A DNA stretch of 64,000 bases from Flaccisagitta enflata (GCA_965153355.1 OZ231126.1:14384001-14448000), one strand, 5' to 3'. Counted from the stretch's first letter, positions 12,713 through 26,664 are shown. Made by a program: numbers and translations. The notes: generated by a model from the sequence alone, not told the origin.

Positions 12713-13854
12713 GGTGGGGTTACGAGCTTGAACCGGTGCAAGCCATTGGACTTTTGCAAAGCCGGTTCAATCAATTCCCGTTAATTTCGTTTCACAAATA
12801 TTCATGAAATTATTTCAGCTGTACCGCGCTTTGTTATTTACACTTCTTCAATGCCTTTCATGCAAGAGATCTGCAGATTTCCCTATTCTGTGTTCGCTAA
12901 AAAGCTCTTTTTATGGAAAAAGATCAGAGGGCATTCAAATATAGGAAGGGTTTTTCTTTAATCTAACATTGGTAAATGAAGTCAAATGATAATCACTGCA
13001 ATTGTAGTGCTCATTGTCTTAAAGGTCTTCATCGTCAATATTGTCATCACCAATGACGTCCAATGAATTTTTTATACTGATTTTCCTTAATAATGTTGAA
13101 TCTCCCTTGTCTGGATCGGTGTTGAGACGAGCTGGATGTGTAGAAATTAAGAATTCATGTTTGTAAACCGTTTCAAGTATAGTCATATCTTAAGAAGGGC
13201 TGATCTAGGCCATTATCAAGCTTAATAGTAAGGTCTGTAATTTGAATTTATTTTGCGAACGCTGGGGATTAGGGAGTATTAAGCTCACCATCGACAGCAA
13301 CTGTCATCATGGAGAAATGTTTGTTCTTCTCGAGTTCCCGTTGGTCGCATTACAAAGGGATTAATGGAATTCAACTTAAAAAAAAAAACCAGAAGAAATT
13401 AAAAATTCGAGTCAAGCTTAACACTATTTTGCAGTTTGAGGATATTTGCTCGATCTTTAACCCAATCTTAAGAATCGGCCAAAGCAATCGCTGATGGGTG
13501 TTCTCCCATTATGTTCCCTTTTGTTTTTTGTTCCCTTATGTTTTTTGTTCCCTTTTGTTTTTGTTCCCTTTTGTTTTTGTTCCCTTTTGTCTTTTGCTTT
13601 TTTTTTTGTTCGTTTGTCCCGATTTGTTTTGTTTAGTTTTTTTTCTTATTCTGCGTCTAAAAACCTGAGAACCGGCTTATCAAGTCTTGTAAAAGAATGC
13701 TTGGTTATAGTAATGATATCGATGACAATCATATCTACTTGTAATACGAGACATCTATCTGCAATCACTCATGATCATTCTTACAAAATTCTAAGATCTC
13801 AATCAAAACAAACCTGAGCAAAGTGGTACAGGCTAATCTGTTTGAGTTACAACA

Positions 13855-14027
13855 AGTGACGCGGGGTCATAATATCGTTGCGGACGGGTGGGCAGGGGCA
13901 TCCAACCCCAATCCACACCACAGGTCCCCCACTCACATGCACAAAAAGCATCTAAAACGCTCATTTCCTAACTTTTTGACTCGTGTCGGACAAAGCCTCT
14001 TATAGAGTTGCGTGTCCGCAACTAAAA
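13855..14027 (-). mobile_element. Family A HINE-like element
   Basis: GTTGCGGACGGGTGGGCAGGGG...TATAGAGTTGCGTGTCCGCAACTAAAAA. Confidence 0.7.
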
Positions 14028-14169
14028 ATTGTGTTAGATCGTTATGATGGAGATGATATAGGCCAATTAGCACAGCTTAAAATGCGATTACATCAGTTAT
14101 TGTTTTTCTTTTAAATCAAAATTTTCTTTTTCAGTCGAAATTATTTCATGACTAAGTCTAGAGACAGTA

Positions 14170-14777
14170 CACTACCCTCCCACAGCAAGATCCGGAGAAA
14201 AGTAACATTACTGTAGGTTTTTTCATTGTTTTGTATAGAATCTGAGCTCTATTTACTGGAACAAATAAAGATAAAATCTTGTCAAGAGCGCTTTTTGAGA
14301 TTTTCATAAAAATTGATGGTTTGTACCCTTTTTTTCAATGTAGATTCTACTGGGTATTTTGAAAATCTTTTTTGACAGCATATTTGAATTCCTGGTGAAA
14401 TTTCCATTCATTTGATAGGTCGCACTAAATAATTTTATCCAAAAATGCAATTTCCCTTTTTTAAGCCACCGTTACAATTTTGCAACGGGGGCTTAAAAAC
14501 TGAAAATCTTATTTTTATGTAAAAACATATGTTGCGACCTATCAAATGAATGGAAATTTCACCAGGAATACGAATTTGCTGACAAAAAGTGTTTCTGAAA
14601 TACCCAGATGAATCTACAGGAAAAAGAAGGCCAATTTTTATGAAAATCTCCAAAAGCGCTCTTGACAAGATTTTATTTTCATTAGTTCCAGTAAATAGAG
14701 CTCAGGTTCTATACAAAACAATGAAAAAACCTACAGTAATGTTACTTTTCACCTGATCTTGCTATGAGAGGGCAGTG
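14170..14777. mobile_element. Foldback MITE with CAC..GTG termini and 4-bp TSD (Chapaev/CMC-like)
   Basis: ~250-bp inverted arms (14170-14424 and ~14533-14777); AGTA duplicated at 14166-14169 and 14778-14781. Confidence 0.85.
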
Positions 14778-15540
14778 AGTAAAGCTTGATGATACTGATC
14801 TGAAGCCATCTGCAATGATACTTTGATCTCAGCATGGGTGTTGAGGCTTAAATTCAATTAAATTGTTCTTAATTTCTTCAGCGTGTAAGAAACAAGTATG
14901 TAAACACATTGATATATACTATTTATTAAATAGTATTGACAATTGTAAGTATCTTAATTAGAACTTTATCATTTTCATAAACTTTGATTATGTTGCCTAA
15001 TTTCACAGGCAAACTTAAATATTGAAGTTTTTTTTTATTTGGAAAAAAGTCGAAGTTTGAAGTTCTTCGACTTTTTGAGACTTGCAGAGAAATTTAGTTT
15101 TCCCTTTTTTGTTTGCGCTTCTCGAGGAAGATAAAAAGCTTTTTGTGCGGAACAAGCCCAGCATAAAATCAGTAACTATAAAAGAGCTGATTTTTTTTCT
15201 ATCAGATGGCGCCAAGCAGACTACTGCGTAATCAATCGTTTTTGCGTTATGATTTTTTTTTTTAACTTTTTTTTATTTGCATTTTTTGCATTTTTTGCCT
15301 TTTTTGCATTTTTACTTTTAGTCATGGACATGCGACTTTACACCTTGCCATGTTGATCGGTCTGTCCGTCGGTTTTTCCATAATTTTATTGAATCGCGAG
15401 TGGTTTTTGCATTTCCGCTCCTGCCCAACCATCCGCAACTGTCCTGTTGTGTATCCAGCCTTGTTTAGATCTCACTCACTCACTTACTCACTCACTCACT
15501 CACTCACTCACTCACTCACTCACTCACACTCTCTCTCTCT

Positions 15541-15575
<35 letters not shown>

Positions 15576-15598
15576 TCTCTCAGCTTTTTCGTTTTTTA

Positions 15599-16172
15599 CT
15601 ATCATCCAAAAAAAAAATCTTTCAGCACTTTTTGAACAATTACTCCTTAACGATTCATCCAATTTGAAAAAATTGGTGACCAAATTGAACCCATCAAATT
15701 TCCGAGCTAGTCATGCAAACCGCATCCCTCTAACTTAATTGGTTAAGAAGTGATCTCATTTAAAGTAAAAAGACTTCCTCTTGCAGGATTCTTGATTTCA
15801 CTTCTTTTATGGTAGTCGTTTCTTTTCAAACAACCATTACTCATTTGTTTTTTGATGAATCAACAAAAAATTGGTGACCAAAATGAAGAGTTTTTCGATA
15901 GGCATCTTTCTTTTTTACACCAACGAAATTGGTTCAGCCGTTTAAAAGTTACGGTCAATCAAATATTGTGATTGCACAAAATGCATGGAATATTATCACT
16001 CCAAGAGTGCCTCAAGAGGCCTTAAAAATCGATTCCTCGGCAAATAGCGGCCAAAATTAGGTCAAGATAAGCCCACATCGAAAATTGATTACTTGAAGTC
16101 TTGATATAGGTTTTTTAGTTGATGAATAAAATAAATTCGGAGGTTGAAAGATTTTTTTTTTTTGGAAGATAG
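15599..16172. mobile_element. MITE with CTATC termini and TA TSD
   Basis: TIR CTATCWTCCAAAAAAAAAATCTTTCA at both ends, TA on both sides; shares internal AAAAAATTGGTGACCAAATTGAA with 30118-30715; sits in the TTTTTA|GTTGCGG start of a family A element. Confidence 0.8.
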
Positions 16173-16363
16173 TAGTTGCGGACACGTAACTCTATAATAG
16201 CCCTTGTTCGTCCGTCCGTCCGTCCGTCCGCCCGTCCATCCGTCCATTGGTCCGTCGGTCCGTTGGTGAGCAATGGTCCGTCGGTCCGTTGGTGAGCAAG
16301 AGTCGAAAAGTGTGAAAACGCGCAACTGGTCCGCAACTGGTATGGCCGTGTATCCGGCCTTGT
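16173..16363 (+). mobile_element. Family A HINE-like element
   Basis: TAGTTGCGGACACGTAACT start, (GTCC)n, GTCCGCAACT, GGCCGTGTATCCGGCCTTGTT. Confidence 0.75.
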
Positions 16364-16696
16364 TTTCCTACGGCGATTTGCCGTCTTTATTGGTAAATTC
16401 AAAATTGTCAGATGTTGTAATACGATACTATGAAAAATTATCTTATAAATAGCTGAAATTGAATCTTAAGATTTTAGTAAGTCTCAGGCTGAAAAAAAGT
16501 CTAAAATCTTTTTTATCCGAGGTACACGATAAATATCAGCTTGGTGCTGATAGGTTGCTTGGCCGATGTGGCTTTCTAGGTCTCTGGCATATACATGTAT
16601 TCAAAAGGGACCATTCTTCAAAGTGGGACGAAAGTGTTTTGTTTGACAAGGAGTGATTTTTTCAACTTTCCTGGCCGAATGCCTTTACTTAAAGTT

Positions 16697-16832
16697 TTTA
16701 GTCACGGACACGCGACTCTAGAACTCGCCGTGTCGGTAGGTCGGTAGGAAATATTGTTAAAATTGTGAACGATTTTCACTACGGCTCTTGCCCAACCGTC
16801 CGCGACTGGATTGCCGTGTATCCGGCCTTGTT
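16697..16832 (+). mobile_element. Family A' HINE-like element
   Basis: TTTTAGTCACGGACACGCGACT...GTCCGCGACT...GCCGTGTATCCGGCCTTGTT. Confidence 0.75.
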
Positions 16833-16869
16833 GTCTTAGGGTTGAAACAAAAGTGCTGCGAGTGAGAAA

Positions 16870-18789
16870 AAAGAGAATGGAGAAAAGAGAATGGAGAAAT
16901 TGATTCAATTTACTCAAGGTCAAGGAGGAGGTGTCCCCGGAGCCTCAACGTATGACCATCTGTTTTTGGTAAGAGCAGCGATGCAAATAGCTGTTCACAA
17001 AAAGCAAACACTCTACTTAACATTCTTCGACGTTAAGAAAGCATTCGACAAAGCAGATGTAAATAATATGCTTCACATAGCCTGGAAATCGGGAGTTCGA
17101 GGCAAATTATGGCGACTACTACAGAGCATGAGTTACAATCTGGAGGCATCTGTAAAAACTCGCTATGGTATGACCAGAACCATAAAAAGAGAGAATGGCG
17201 GCCGCCAAGGGTCTCGGATTACGGGAAGATTATTTTCCAGACAGATGGATATGCTATCTGAACAATTTGTAACAGGAGAAATTACAGGTGCACTAAAGAT
17301 CAGTGATGACCTCGAAATTGGATGCCTAGAGTGGGTAGATGACGCTCTCACGCTTACCATTGGTGTGGAGAACACTAAGAATGTTTTGAATAAGGTAGAC
17401 GAATTTGCCAAAGTAAACAAACTCGAATGGGGCCTGCAAAAATGTCAGGTCATGCAAGTAGGAAAAAAAACTAAATGCCCAGAAAAGTGGAACTTAGGCT
17501 CTGATTTCATTGAAAACACAACGTCATACAAGTACCTCGGCGATGAGTTGACCAGTAACTGCAAAAATGACAAGAACATAATACAACGTGATAATAGAGT
17601 AAGTGCCCTCGTGAGACAAATTAACACAACTGCCTCATCAGACGTCATGAAAGGAATAGAGACCAACGTAATCCTTTCACTGTATGAGACACGCGTACTT
17701 CCATGTCTTCTGAACAATGCTGAGTCATGGACGCTGTCAATAAGTGACGAAAAGAAGCTCGACGCAATTGGCATTAAGACCATGAAACGTTTGTTTGGCC
17801 TGCCAACGACATCACCAAACGTCTCAGTGATTTACACATTTGGCCTTCTATACACAACTCAAGCTATAGATAAGAAGCGTTTCCTCTTTCTTCACAAGAT
17901 TCTCAACCTCGAAGAATATCGCTGGATAAAGAAAGCAGTTTACATTTTGAAGGAACTTGATATTGGATGGACAAAAAACATGATAGAAAAACTGACAGAG
18001 TATGGATTAGAATCGAATTTCACAACCATCAAACAATTTACACACAAAGAATGGAAAGAGAAAGTACGTGTAGCCGTGTTGAAAAGAAATGGACAGAAAC
18101 TTTTAGAGAATTGTGTTGTTACCAATAACGACGGAGTAAAGGTCTTGACAAAAACAAAGCACATTCATAATGCACTCACGACCGGCAAATATAACAACGA
18201 ACCCATGAAGTGTTTGGACGGAACTGACAAACAAAAAGCGCGAACACTTTTCTTGTCACAAAATGGTATGCTAGAGTGCGGTAAAAACATGAAAGGCACA
18301 ATATCTGAAATTTGTAAGGATTGCCTAGTCCTTGACGATGAAAATCATAGATTGAACTGTTGTAAAAAGTGGACGTGCCGAGACGTAGGAGATACAGTGT
18401 TCGACTTCGATATTTATAGCCATGATACCGATACGGTTGGTAGAATGGTAGTTGAAATTGAAAAAGTGTGGGAAACAAGGTACGCCAACGGTAGAATGAA
18501 AAAAAGCCCATAACCTGTCTTTGTGATGAAAATGCGACTAGAATCCCGCATATTGTTTATAACGGTAGAATGAAAAAAAGCCCATAACCTGTCTTTGTGA
18601 TGAAAATGCGACTAGAATCCCGCATATTATTTTTTTTTACGATCGCGTTTATGATGTTTCTGTGTTATTTATTATTTATGACGTTTTACCAATTGAGGGA
18701 CCCTGTTCAATCATGTATTGTACAGCTCATTTGCAACTCTGTTGTAAAAGTGTAAATTTGCACCTTTGAGCATTAAATCAAATCAAATA
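16870..18789 (+). mobile_element. 5'-truncated non-LTR retrotransposon; open RT + C-terminal CCHC ORF 16891-18513; (AAATC)n tail
   Basis: RT motifs FFDVKKAFD, GGRQGS, WVDD, KCQVM, YKYLG; C-terminal CKDC-x7-H-x3/4-C; 3' end TTAAATCAAATCAAAT; 540 codons with no stop. Confidence 0.92.
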
Positions 18790-18848
18790 AAAAAAAAACC
18801 GAGAAAAATCACCCAAAAAATGAGAACTGCTGCGCGGGATTCACGAGA

Positions 18849-19045
<197 letters not shown>

Positions 19046-19289
19046 ACAGAGAGACAGAGAGAAAGAAACAGGCAGGACGGCTGAGAGAAAGACAGAAAGA
19101 AAAAAGAAAAGACAGGCAGACAGAACGACTAAGAGAAAGAGAGAGCGAGTGGCCGTCAGACTGAGGGAAAGGTGAACTGATGGAGAGGAAAACGCTTTTG
19201 AGAGATGTACAATTATTTTGCTTCCTTCCAGTTTCGTTTTGTTGCGAAATCGAGACTAAGTGTAACTGAAAGCTTTTCGACTTAAAATA

Positions 19290-19514
19290 CAACAAGGCCG
19301 GATACACGGCTACCCCAGTCGCGTGCGGGTGGGCAGGGGCCATAATTGAGGTCCCTCTATCATTTGGGCAGGAGCAGTGAGGCCAAAAACCGCAAAGACC
19401 AAAAAAAAGTAAAGTGTGACGGACGGACCGACGGACGGACGGACCGACGGACGGACGGACCGACGGACGGACCGACAAAGCGGGTTGTAGAGTCGCGTGG
19501 CACGCGACTAAAAA
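19290..19514 (-). mobile_element. Complete family D HINE-like element
   Basis: Minus strand: TTTTTAGTCGCGTGCCACGCGACT, (GTCC)n, 3' sub-terminal CACGCGACT, stem-loop GCCG-TGTATC-CGGC, CTTGTT. Confidence 0.85.
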
Positions 19515-19734
19515 CTTTTAATGATTGAAGCAATAAATGTCCAGTTTATCGCTCCCAAAACAGCGGCCTTATAACTTACCAGTAATGGCGGCTGTCGCCG
19601 AGAGGAAAAAAGTCGTAAGCGTTGTTCACTTTTCATCAAGCTTTTGTTTTCAGTCATTGCAACTTTTTATTTGTTAGATCAAATTAAGAGCAATTGTATA
19701 TAGTGGTTGCACTGAAAATCAGAGAAAAATAGGT

Positions 19735-20975
19735 CTGAGCCAAATGAGCTAGATGAGCTAAAATATTCCAAATCACTCAACTACACAATCAGCTATGCTT
19801 ACTGATATGCTTTCTTGTAAATCAAAACATTTATCTATTAATTGGTTTTAAAATCAGAAAAAAAAGCAAGCTAAATGAGCTAAATGAGCTAGAATATTTA
19901 AAAACACCCTCACAGATGAGCAGCTCTGCTCACTGACATGCTTTCTTGTATTTGCTTGCTTAAACATCTATCAATATATTTGCTTATTTATTGCATTTGA
20001 TATATAAAAAAAACTGAGCTAAGTGAGCTAAATGAGCTAAAATGCTAAAAATCACCCTCACACATGAGCAGCTATGTGCATAAACATGTTTTTTTGTATT
20101 TGCATGCTTAACCAAACTTAGATACACTCCTTTATTGATCCTACACAAAATCATAAAAAATCGAAAAAAATTCAATTTGAATTTTTTGTAAATAAATCTT
20201 TAAAAATTCATAACGCAAAAAATATTTGTCCCAGAGACTTCTGCTTAGCGCCAAATGAAAGAGAATTAACAAATTTACTTACCCTATCAATTTCATGGTA
20301 GGCCCCAATCGCCCTAAGGAGGTTCAAAACATTCCCATAAGAAAATGAAAACCCTGTTTCTCTTGAATATGTCAAAAAGTCGAAGACTGACTTCGACTTT
20401 TTTCCCGATTAAAACTGAATATAAAAGAAAAATAAGCGTGAGCTGAATGAGCAAAATGAGCTAAAATACTCCAAATCACCTACACAGATGAAAGGTATGC
20501 TTGAGGACATGCTTTCTTGTATTTGCATGCCCGGAAATGATTAAAATCATTTCTTTATTTATCCATTTAAATGCTAAATGAGCTAAATGAGCTAGATGAG
20601 CTAGAATATTAAAAAACACCTTCACAGATGAGCAGCTATGCTCATAAACATGTTTTCTTGTATTTGCATGTTCAAACAAATATAGATAAACTTTTTTATT
20701 GATCCTACATAAAATCATAAAAAATTAAAAAAAAATCAATTTGAATTATTCGTAAATAAATCTTTAAAAAATCATAGCGCGAAAAATATTTGTCGTAGAG
20801 AATTCTGCTTGGTGCCAAATGAAAGAAAATTATCAAATTTAATTACCCTATCAATTTCATTGGAGGCCTCAATCAGCCGGAAGAGACTCTTAACTTCCTA
20901 ATAATAAAATAAAAACCCTGTTTCTCTCGAATATGTCAAAAAGCCGAAGACTGACTTCGACTTTTTTCCCGATAA
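19735..20975. repeat. Tandemly duplicated dispersed repeat (~550-bp period) with AAATGAGCTA 10-mers and a 12-bp-stem hairpin
   Basis: ~20020-20411 resembles ~20573-20972; hairpin AAAAAGTCGAAG-ACTGA-CTTCGACTTTTT at ~20375-20403, with relatives at ~20938 and ~15044. Confidence 0.7.
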
Positions 20976-21255
20976 GAACACTAAGGCTTCAAAACACATA
21001 ATTAAGAGCGGTACGGTTTTTAGATGCGTCATCGCATCTCTATAAGAGGGTCTGTCCGTCCGTCCGTCCGTCTGTCCGTCCGTTACGCCTCTTCTAATAT
21101 CACGCAGCTCGATCGGGCTTGTTTTACTAGTTGCTATCTCTGTCTATTTAGAAGGCTTCAGAAAACAAGTGAACAATATCATCGCGGATGGGTGGGCTGG
21201 TGAACCCCCCCTCCTAACACAAGCACACACACACACTCACAAACACACACACAGA

Positions 21256-21302
<47 letters not shown>

Positions 21303-21831
21303 ACACACACACATACAAACAAACAAACTTGCGTTTTAACTTTCTTCGACATGAGCATCATGAACCGACCAACCGATGACGTTCTTATAAAAAAAAGCTT
21401 CAAAGTTGCAGTCCCCGACTGGGGACTGCAATTATTGAAGCTTTCTCGTCGCATAAACGCGACTCGAGAAGATACAAAAAAACTGAAAAAAAAAAGATTC
21501 CAACATCATTTTGAAAGCAACAAAACTTAATGAAAATAACCATAGCGGATGATGACAGCAACAATGAAAGATGATGAAAACCCCCCAAAAAAAATTCAAA
21601 AAAAATTTTTAAAAAATTTCATTTGAAAAAATTAATTGATGTCCACGATGGCATACCTTAAAGTCCATGACGGCATACCTTAAAGTCCATGACGGCATAC
21701 CTCGAACATTAATCGTTTAAGTCCAAGAAGGCACCCCTTGGTCCTTGGAGTCCTTTTCTTTTTTAGAGGAATGGCATGGGTTATTTTATGCAATAATAAC
21801 ACTGTGTCTCTGTGTCTGTGTGTCTGTGTGT

Positions 21832-22017
<186 letters not shown>

Positions 22018-22314
22018 ATGTGTGAACCTTGTAACTCTGTAGGTGAACTTTGACCAGAGCAAATCTTGTGAATACTTTAAGTAATTCAGCGTTGGGACTT
22101 ACAAGTAACTAAATTACTGGTTGTTTATCACTTAAATCATAATAATGAAATTGCTGTAAAGCTGAACAACAACATGAGTGATTATAGCATAATATTAAAC
22201 TAATAAATACATCACACAAAAATCTTTAAACAAATAAATGGTCATCCGCAATATGCAAATGAGAAAAGTGCGACTCTCAATGAAAAATTCACCCACTCCC
22301 ACAACAGTAATTTA

Positions 22315-23872
22315 TTACTACATAAATAAGTTTATATCTCATAAACCAGACTTCAGATTTACATCGAATTTTGCAGGAGCTGTTTAATTGACATTATTTA
22401 CCTGTTTACTAAGTTTTAAAAAAATTCATAAACTTTTGCTACCCTTTGCCTATGTGACAGTGGACAACATTACATCAAAACCAAAAAATAAGGACAAGAG
22501 CCTTGGGAGCTCTTACTGGAGTTTAATGCGCACCCCTCACTACTATCCTTAGAATTATCAAAATCCATCTCAACCCTTACCAAAGAGCAACTCATCAGAT
22601 ACAAACCAACAGCAAGAAAAACCTATAATTGTCGGCTATTTATGAAATATGCAAGTGACAAGAAAGAGTACCAGATATCTGCGTTGAACGCCACTTCATT
22701 CCTCACAGCTATCTGATCTTCCCATTGTAAAATGCTTATAACATCCATAGCCTTAAATCAAGATTTTTCCCACTAACTGAGAATAATCCACCAAGTCACT
22801 CTGAGTCAACCCCAAATTCTCAGATATATTATTATTAATCATAATCCAAATTGAGCAAAACAAATTACCAAAGGATAAATGAATTATCAAAGATAATGTA
22901 GTTACCAAAGGCAATGTTGCGAAGAAACCATACCATAAAGGCAAGAATCGAGAGTCAACCTTACTGGGACCGCCGGCATTCTTAACCAAGGTACTAAACT
23001 ATATGACAGTGGACAACATTACATCAAAACCAAAAAATAAGGACAAGAGCCTTGGGAGCTCTTACTGGAGTTTAATGCGCACCCCTCACTACTATCCTTA
23101 GAATTATCAAAATCCATCTCAACCCTTACCAAAGAGCAACTCATCAGATACAAACCAACAGCAAGAAAAACCTATAATTGTCGGCTATTTATGAAATATG
23201 CAAGTGACAAGAAAGAGTACCAGATGTAAATTGCCTAAGTCAAAGTAACATTAGACATTAGCATTTATTTCAGTTTGGGTATAGTGAGGGATATTGTTCC
23301 ACTTTTCATATTAGTACATAAATAAGCTAATATCTCATAAACCAGACTTCAGATTTAATTCGAATTTTGCAGGGGTTATTTATTCACTACCCACTACTTG
23401 TGTACCAAATTAGAAAAAAATTCACATACCTTTACTACCCTTTGCCTATGTAAATTTCCTAAGTCCTAGCAACATACTACTACATAAATAAGCTAATATC
23501 TCATAAACCAGACTTCAGATTTAATTCGAATTTTGCAGGGATTGTTTATTTACTACCCTCTGCTTGTATACTAAATCAAAAAAAAATTCATAAACCTTTA
23601 CTACCCTCTACCTATGTAAACCACCTAAGTCCCAGCTAAATATTACTACAAAAATAATAGGCAAAGGGTAGTAAAAGTTTATGAATTTTTTTGAAAATTG
23701 GTACACAAGCTCCCATTGACATAATAATAACACTGGTAAAGTTTCATGAACTTCTGAAGTCTGGATCAAAAGATATGAGAAGGTTCTAGACAGACAGACA
23801 GACACACAGACAGACTACACGAACAGGCTATCTCATAGTCCACCGACGAAAACTGTTCGTCGGGGACAAAAA
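22315..23872 (-). mobile_element. HINE-like element with ~165-bp internal tandem units; hosts the TRIM-like insert
   Basis: Units starting TACATAAATAAG at ~22319, 23314, 23480; (GACA)n at ~23788-23815; end hairpin CCGACGAA-AACTG-TTCGTCGG then GGACAAAAA. Confidence 0.55.
22455..23222. mobile_element. TRIM-like element: two 219-bp direct repeats (TG..CA) around a 330-bp non-coding core
   Basis: 22455-22673 and 23004-23222 look identical by eye; ATGT at 22452-22455 and 23224-23227 reconstitutes the empty site GCCTATGTAAAT seen in the sister unit at ~23444. Confidence 0.75.
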
Positions 23873-24634
23873 GGAGTGCACAACTTACACTTTAATTTAC
23901 CGAACGCAGCTACGTAGACGCTGAGGTGATTATAGGGCCGAGTCGAGTGAGATTAAAGATTTTCCCGCTTAAATCTCAGACAGTTCGCTTTTCGCGATGG
24001 AGCATGGAGGTTAGACGAGTTAAGGTCAATCAAGCGAGGTTAAGATTCATTATCACTTTTCGCTCAGCTGTCAGTAGACTCAGTACAATCTGCGTTAAGA
24101 TTTGATTAAGACGTCTATCGGCTGTTGCTCGTCGAGCGTGACCGGGTGACTCATGTCTCTGTAGACGAACTCACGTTTGCGGCCGACGAATGGACATAGG
24201 ACAAAACCCTGGCATACCGACGAAATAATAAGTCGGTTTGTGTAACAATCATTTGACTGCGCAGTTTTTTATAAATGTTAAAACTTCATCTTATCAAATA
24301 ACTAAAAATATAGATTTTTTGTCATTTCAAAAAATGAACACATTTCCATTGTGCAGATTCGCTTTCATTCTAGTTTCTAGATAGCAGAGATGCGTAGACC
24401 GAAGACGCATTAGATACATAGGTGACATACACGTGGGAAATTGGAACGAATGAATGCGCTGAAGATAAAATGGGCCTGAAGGCTGAACAAAATGAAACAG
24501 CCAACAGACATGAACCATGGTCCAATGGCCGCACAGGATCAAGTGCGAAAACAGGACCTGTTACAAAAGTGTCGAATGTATGATAGTTCATCACAAGAAG
24601 AAAACAAAGAGGAGTTTTCAAAAGAAATGAAGTC

Positions 24635-24714
<80 letters not shown>

Positions 24715-24938
24715 ATTATTATTATTAATCTTTTTTCTTTTTTTTTTCTTTTCTTTTCTTTTCTTTTTTGTTGTTGTTGTTTCTCTCTCTGTACCAGTTT
24801 GAACCTCCACAGAAATGAATAATTATTTGAGCGGGGGGGGGGGATCGGAAAGACGATTTTGAATTTTATCACAGCTCGGCAGGGAAAGCTCGAAAGCCGA
24901 AAGAATGACGATATCGCGATGATGAGAGAAAGCGATAT

Positions 24939-25270
<332 letters not shown>

Positions 25271-25346
25271 GAAAGAGGCAGGCAGACAGAGAAAATGAAA
25301 GACAGACAGACAGACAAACATAACCGAACTCCAATTTACAAAAAAA

Positions 25347-25628
25347 AACAAGCCCGACCGGGCAAAGTTGCGTCCGGACTGTGTTTCTGCGTGAATTGAT
25401 CATGTGACATATATGGAGAGACAGATGGATGAACAGACGGGTGAAACGACTGAGTGGTAGAGGAGGCTCTCAAAACATATTGGTTGATCATTTGTTTCAG
25501 TGTAGAATCTCACCGTGGCCAAAAACAGCCGAGAAACGCGGTTTTTGCACAGGCGTAACAGACCGACGGACCGACGGACCGACGGACGGACAGACCCTCT
25601 TACAGAGATGCGAGGACGCATCTAAAAA
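25347..25628 (-). mobile_element. Family B HINE-like element
   Basis: Reverse complement of 5039-5344: AACAAGCCCGACCGGGC...AGATGCG-AGGA-CGCATCT-AAAAA. Confidence 0.8.
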
Positions 25629-26578
25629 CTCTCTGTTGACGACACAGGCACCATGATTTGCTCATCCAGACGGAAATTTCTTCGATAAAGTCATTACTGA
25701 GGCCCATTTGACATGGGTCTAAGTTTAGATAACCTGGCCAGTGCAGTGAGGCCTTCTACTAAACTTTCCTGGAAGAAATCTCCCGCACGGTGTTACACGT
25801 TTACCGCCGTTGGGACGCATTAATCTTTTAATATGCATTTTTGTGAGTTAACATAGTGAGAAAAACACCATCAGACTCAGGTGAAACAGTTTATCTTTAA
25901 ATACGGCAATGTTGCATGACACGGAGTTTAAAGTGTATTTTAGCTTTTTCCCTTACATAATTAGCTAATTTCAAATTGGCGCTGTATTTTTGATATTGAT
26001 ATTTACAAAAATTTGTCGCTGAAAATGAGATCGAAAATATCTGAGAACATAATTTTATCGAAAATAACTGAGAACATAATTTTATCGAAAATAACTGAGA
26101 ACATAATTTTATCGAAAATATCTGAGAACAAAATTTTACTTTTTAGTCGCTCTACACGTTGCCGTGTCGGTCCGTCGGTAGGTCCGTCGGTCCGTCACGT
26201 TTTTGAATTCCGAGCGGTTTTCGCAGTACTGCTCCTGCCCAACCGTCCACGACTGGATTGCCATGTATCCGGCCTTGTTTTCCTAAAAGTACAAAAAAAA
26301 CACATCAAAAATAAGCAAAATTTTAAAACATTCATTAGGCCACTTTCGACTTCCAGAACATCGCTGGAAATAGATGTATATGTTCACATGATATAACTTT
26401 ACATGATACCAAACGCTCATCCCACTCCTATATCCTAGCTGTCGCATAGCGTCGAAAGCCTGTCGAATGCAACGCTATCAATCAAATAGTCAGTAGATGC
26501 ACAACCTAAAACCTGCGTGCATGCCTCTCCGTTTGTCTCAGTCTGTCTGTCTGTCTGTCTGTCGGATTTTCTGTTTCT

Positions 26579-26664
<86 letters not shown>

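Noticed and set aside
13018..13190. Short minus-strand ORF (MTILETVYKHEFL...DDEDL) as a transposase tail, or a TGA-Trp mitochondrial-code frame
   Set aside because: No recognisable motif in either reading
22580..22605. Hammerhead ribozyme core (CTGATGA on the minus strand; also 53573 and 63039 on plus)
   Set aside because: No correctly placed GAAA with stems I-III; the 53573 motif is not kept in sister MITE copies
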